From positions 16,554,001 to 16,618,000 of the forward strand of contig CATNEN010000038.1 of the NCBI GenBank assembly GCA_950097015.1: a stretch of DNA of 64,000 nucleotides, given 5' to 3'. This stretch comes from Macrostomum hystrix. Lineage: Eukaryota; Animalia; Platyhelminthes. Below, one piece after another: positions 59,063 through 64,000 of the stretch. Below the pieces are notes generated by a model that did no database searches, was not told the DNA's origin, and saw only the letters and a list, made by a program, of their open reading frames with translations. Each line of letters begins with the position of its first letter. Position 1 is the stretch's first letter. The position numbers and the translations under genes were made by a program.

Positions 59063-60545
59063 AAGAGTGTCTAACAGGTGTTAGATATAAGGAGCACGGT
59101 TTGAAGAGTATCTAACAGGTGTTAGATATGAGGAGCACGGTTTGAAGAGTATCTAACAGGTGTTAGATATAAGGAGCACGGTTAGAAGAGTATCTAACAG
59201 GTGTTAGATATAAGGAGCACGGTTATAAGAGTATCTAACAGGTGTTAGATATAAGGAGCACGGTTTGAAGAGTGTCTAACAGGTGTTAGATATAAGGAGC
59301 ACGGTTAGAAGAGTATCTAACAGGTGTTAGATATGAGGAGCACGGTTTGAAGAGTATCTAACAGGTGTTAGATATAAGGAGCACGGTTAGAAGAGTATCT
59401 AACAGGTGTTAGATATAAGGAGCACGGTTATAAGAGTATCTAACAGGTGTTAGATATAAGGAGCACGGTTTGAAGAGTATCTAACAGGTGTTAGATATAA
59501 GGAGCACGGTTTGAAGAGTGTCTAACAGGTGTTAGATATAAGGAGCACGGTTAGAAGAGTATCTAACAGGTGTTAGATATAAGGAGCACGGTTTGAAGAG
59601 TATCTAACAGGTGTTAGATATAAGGAGCACGGTTAGAAGAGTATCTAACAGGTGTTAGATATAAGGAGCACGGTTTGAAGAGTATCTAACAGGTGTTAGA
59701 TATAAGGAGCACGGTTTGAAGAGTATCTAACAGGTGTTAGATATAAGGAGCACGGTTTGAAGAGTGTCTAACAGGTGTTAGATATAAGGAGCACGGTTTG
59801 AAGAGTATCTAACAGGTGTTAGATATAAGGAGCACGGTTTGAAGAGTATCTAACAGGTGTTAGATATAAGGAGCACGGTTTGAAGAGTGTCTAACAGGTG
59901 TTAGATATAAGGAGCACGGTTAGAAGAGTATCTAACAGGTGTTAGATATAAGGAGCACGGTTTGAAGAGTATCTAACAGGTGTTAGATATAAGGAGCACG
60001 GTTTGAAGAGTGTCTAACAGGTGTTAGATATAAGGAGCACGGTTTGAAGAGTGTCTAACAGGTGTTAGATATAAGGAGCACGGTTAGAAGAGTATCTAAC
60101 AGGTGTTAGATATAAGGAGCACGGTTTGAAGAGTATCTAACAGGTGTTAGATATAAGGAGCACGGTTTGAAGAGTATCTAACAGGTGTTAGATATAAGGA
60201 GCACGGTTTGAAGAGTATCTAACAGGTGTTAGATATAAGGAGCACGGTTTGAAGAGTGTCTAACAGGTGTTAGATATAAGGAGCACGGTTAGAAGAGTAT
60301 CTAACAGGTGTTAGATATAAGGAGCACGGTTAGAAGAGTATCTAACAGGTGTTAGATATAAGGAGCACGGTTAGAAGAGTATCTAACAGGTGTTAGATAT
60401 AAGGAGCACGGTTTGAAGAGTATCTAACAGGTGTTAGATATAAGGAGCACGGTTTGAAGAGTATCTAACAGGTGTTAGATATAAGGAGCACGGTTTGAAG
60501 AGTATCTAACAGGTGTTAGATATAAGGAGCACGGTTATAAGAGTG
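59063..60545 (+). repeat. 41-bp minisatellite with an internal palindrome, about 36 units
   Basis: gaagagtatctaacaggtgttagatataaggagcacggttt. Confidence 0.97.
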
Positions 60546-60598
60546 TCAAACGGGAAATGATCGGATAAGACATTAGGTAGTAGATCTCAGCAACTCAC

Positions 60599-61039
60599 CC
60601 AACAAATGTGTTAGTGACCAATTGCACGTGAGGACCACCGTATACATACTGCAGAGTAGGATACTGCCTACCGGGCTGATAGTTGAACGGCCTAAACATC
60701 AGGCCGTACAACAGTTGACCGCCAGGCCCAGTGAACTCAAAGTATTTCGGCTTTAAGAAGAAATTATTGCAACCGACAGCTTTAGTCAGTAGAGCCAGAG
60801 TTGGCAGGCTGTCGTTGATGCTCAGACTGCACAGTTGGGCTTCGGGCGAATGATGCGAACAGTGCACAGTTAGTAGGGCCACTTTCTGCTCCGCGAATAC
60901 TAGTCCGGTGCAAGTCTTTGGCAGAGCTAGTTTATTAGGATTAGTAGAGAAAGACTCGGTGTTACGATAAGCGTCAGTGAGCACCTCGACTCGACTGCCG
61001 TGATTAGGCTGATACTTAACACGGCATAGTTGGACACAC
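60599..61039 (-). CDS. DPP9: DPP8/9 exon
   Basis: LYGLMFRP..YPTLQYVYGGPHVQLV. Confidence 0.92.
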
Positions 61040-61299
61040 CTGGTGAATTAAATAAACTAATCAAATTAAAAATATAAATGTTTTTATAGATAATCAATTC
61101 GGTTTTGAAAGAAAAATTTCCCGAATAAAAATATACACTAGTTGATAATTTACTAACACGAGATTATTTAGTTAATGGGATTACTTAAACCTGAGTATTA
61201 GTTAATATTAATATCCCATAAATAAAAAAGTTAAAAATTAATCAAAACTACAAATATTTATAATTTGTTATTGATCGGATTTACTTTATAAATTACTCG

Positions 61300-61632
61300 A
61301 TGGGATAAACTTGGATTCATCCTCGGTGGGATACTCGGTGGGATAAACTTGGATTCATCCCCTAGATACTCGGTGGGATAAATTTGGATTCATCCCCTAG
61401 ATACTCGGCGGGATAAATTTGGATTCATCCCCTAGATACTCGGCGGGATAAATTTGGATTCATCCCCTAGATACTCGGCGGGATAAATTTGGATTCATCC
61501 CCTAGATACTCGGCGGGATAAATTTGGATTCATCCCCTAGATACTCGGCGGGATAAATTTGAATTCATCCCCTAGATACTCGGTGGGATAAATTTGGATT
61601 CATCCCCTAGATACTCGATGGGATAAACTTTA
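61300..61632 (+). repeat. 35-bp minisatellite (gggataaatttggattcatcccctagatactcggc)
   Basis: About 9 units; each holds an imperfect 9-bp inverted repeat. Confidence 0.94.
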
Positions 61633-61796
61633 ACTACTCTATCGGATAAATTACTCTGAGAAAATTCCTCTGTAGGGTAATTTACTACCTGGGATAAATT
61701 AGTTCATGCAATAATGAAGTATGTGGGATAATTTAATGTATGCGATAACTTTATTATTTAGTAAAATAACTCGATGATTGATTAATTATTATATGA

Positions 61797-62097
61797 TTAA
61801 TAATAATTGATTACACCTGCCCAAATTGGGCCAGATGTGCAGCCGACAGCACAGTCGCAGCTAATGCGCGGCGCATCTGAAGGCTGCGTACGGCTGTTCA
61901 GTCCATGGACTGGGGAGACGTCACACCCACCTTCAATTATCCCAGCTAATGCTGGTACCATTTAACAGCTGGGTGAACTGAAGCAATGCAGAATTAAGTG
62001 TCTTGCTAAAGGATACAAATTGTTTCAGTGGAGTCGGGAATCGAACCTCCGACCTTCAAGTCGTGAGTCCGACGCTCTAACCACTAGGCTACAACCT
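61797..62097 (-). mobile_element. SINE family 1 copy
   Basis: Reverse-complement homolog of 31177-31487. Confidence 0.88.
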
Positions 62098-62148
62098 CCT
62101 GTGGTGAATTCAATGATAGAATTCACACAATGAGATTAAAAGTCTCAC

Positions 62149-62915
62149 CTAGGATCCAAAATAGTACTATTAAAGTACAACCAACCAGTCGCCACATCAA
62201 CAGACAAGAGATCGGATTGCACCTGCCAATTGCCAAATGTTATTTGTCTCCTATGGGATTTGGCTTGCGAATCGCCGGGCAGCCAGGAGCAGGTCACGTG
62301 ATACAGGTGTCGAAAGCCGCTCTCCTCGCTGGCCCAGATTAGGCTGGCTGTTCTGTCCGCAGTAGATACAGACAATGGCCGGAGCAGGTCGTGCACCTCG
62401 ATCCAACGATTCGGCGGCGCGGTCTCTTCTAGCAGGCTCACTGACGGCTGCTGATTGGCGCCTTCAACTGGCAGGTAAGCTAGCAATCTAAGCGAATCCT
62501 GACTGCGGCTCATAGCCTGAACTAGGAGAGCCTCGCCGCCTGTAGTCCATTCAACTCGGACCAGGTATTCGCCTAAATCAAGGCCGCTGACTGGCTCAGA
62601 TGAGCAGGATAAATTATTGTCGGCGTCGCTAATGACGCGAACGCGGGTAAGGCGCGACACAGCATTTGGGGTGCCGGCTCGGGGATAAGAGAATTTGTCT
62701 GTCTCCAGGCCGCCCTTTAACGGGTCGACAATGTTGATCGACTGCACCTGGGATTCGTCAACAATTTCTACAATCAGATCAAAGCTGGCCGAATCTGTTG
62801 AACAATTGGAAGCCGGACGCCACCAGAAGCCGTGGAAACGATCAAATTCTTCTTGAACGGCGAAGGGCGGAAGTCCCGCCGAAATGCTCTTGGAGCTGTT
62901 GGACAGGTCGCAGGC
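62149..62915 (-). CDS. DPP9: DPP8/9 exon (EE motif, beta-propeller)
   Basis: VQEEFDRFHGFWW, YPRAGTPNA, SEESGFRHLY, QITFGNWQV. Confidence 0.93.
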
Positions 62916-62994
62916 CTGCGAAACAGACCGCCTTGCGAGATTAGCGAGCTTTAGTATAATGTTCTTACATTCTTTTGCTACACGTTATCCTATT

Positions 62995-63509
62995 AATCAG
63001 CTACCTGTCAATTAATCAGCTACCTGTCAATCAATCAGCTACCTGTCACTCTATCATTTAGCTACCTGTCAATCTATCATTTAGCTACCTGTCACTCATC
63101 ATTTAGCTACCTGTCACTCATCATTTAGTTATCAATCACTCTTTTATTAAGCTACCTGTCACTCTATCATTCAGCTACCTGTCACTCTTGCAATCAGCTA
63201 ATTGTCACTCCATCCCTCAGCTAGCCGTCACTCCATCCCTCAGCTAGCCGTCACTCCATCCCTCAGCTAGCCGTCACTCCATCCCTCAGCTAGCCGTCAC
63301 TCCATCCCTCAGCTAGCCGTCACTCCATCCCTCAGCTAGCCGTCACTCCATCCCTCAGCTAGCCGTCACTCCATCCCTCAGCTAGCCGTCACTCCATCCC
63401 TCAGCTAGCCGTCACTCCATCCCTCAGCTAGCCGTCACTCCATCCCTCTGCTAGCCGTCACTCCATCCCTCAGCTAGCCGTCACTCCATCCCTCAGCTAG
63501 CCGTCACTC
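62995..63509 (-). repeat. 23-bp minisatellite (sense: gagtgacggctagctgagggatg) grading into older gacaggtagct units
   Basis: Homogeneous at 63205-63509, degenerate at 62995-63205. Confidence 0.93.
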
Positions 63510-63511
63510 AC

Positions 63512-64000
63512 CGCAACAATCTGGCCGCTATCCAGACTGATGCAATAAACGTTTCGATCAGCAGCGTAGGCGGCTATCCTAGTGTTTTGAGGGCACAAAG
63601 CTAAATTCAGTGGCGAATGCGGCACTTCAATGCCGATAGGATTTAATTCTTCGTCCTGATTGGCGGATAAATTATCGATTAAATGGAATACAAAGTTCTG
63701 ACAGGCGAACACAATAGTACCGCTGGACGCGTCGAGATCGTAATCAACAATGCCAGTCGAGAATGATCTCTTGCGCTCCTGCAGTAGTTCCTCTTCGCGG
63801 GACAGCCCTCGACTCCCGCCAGATACAATCTGACTATTGATGCTTGCCAGGTTCAATAATCTTTTTGAGACATTGTTGGTAGGAAGCGCCGATGATGTCA
63901 CATCATCCGGATTCTGCTCAGATGCCGCCGACAAATTTGCTGGGTCTACATCGACGCACCAGAGAGTCTGGCCGAGAAAATCGTTAGCAACTAGATAGTA
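63512..64000 (-). CDS. DPP9: DPP8/9 exon, open to the window end
   Basis: SREEELLQERKR..GIVDYD is diagnostic of DPP8/9; gcg|gtgagt donor. Confidence 0.9.

Noticed and set aside
55388-60545. CRISPR-like regularly spaced repeats
   Set aside because: No unique spacers, no cas genes, eukaryotic intron context
6688-63509. Consistent pyrimidine-rich sense-strand bias of intronic arrays
   Set aside because: Holds for KCTD, SPHK, anillin-like and TAF1 intron 1, but is reversed in the GPCR intron and the DPP8/9 introns

Overview
This is eukaryotic (animal) genomic DNA with GT-AG spliced genes, and almost every intron and intergenic gap holds its own minisatellite. The style suggests a flatworm such as Macrostomum, but that is an inference and was not verified. 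Plus strand: the last two exons of an unidentified gene, a KCTD10/BACURD-like BTB protein (4 exons, 353 aa), sphingosine kinase (3 exons, 462 aa), an orphan rhodopsin-like GPCR (2 coding exons), an anillin-homology-domain protein with no PH domain, and a complete, young Ty3/Gypsy LTR retrotransposon (177-bp LTRs with 1 mismatch, 5-bp TSD). Minus strand: DPP8/9 (5' end outside the window), WDR4/Trm82 and TAF1 (5 exons, 1921 aa), spaced about 1 kb apart with unpaired splice acceptors before the ATGs, consistent with a trans-spliced operon. Also present are two tRNA-derived SINE families, several MITEs (one nested pair) and about 25 tandem arrays. The most notable signals are (i) intronic minisatellites built from tandem splice-site consensus sequences, such as 12 CAG|GTGAG in TAF1 intron 2 and about 54 acceptor-like units in KCTD intron 3, (ii) a hAT-type MITE family that carries and expands a 16-bp minisatellite, and (iii) the putative operons. 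Gene models were assembled by hand from splice sites and reading-frame continuity.
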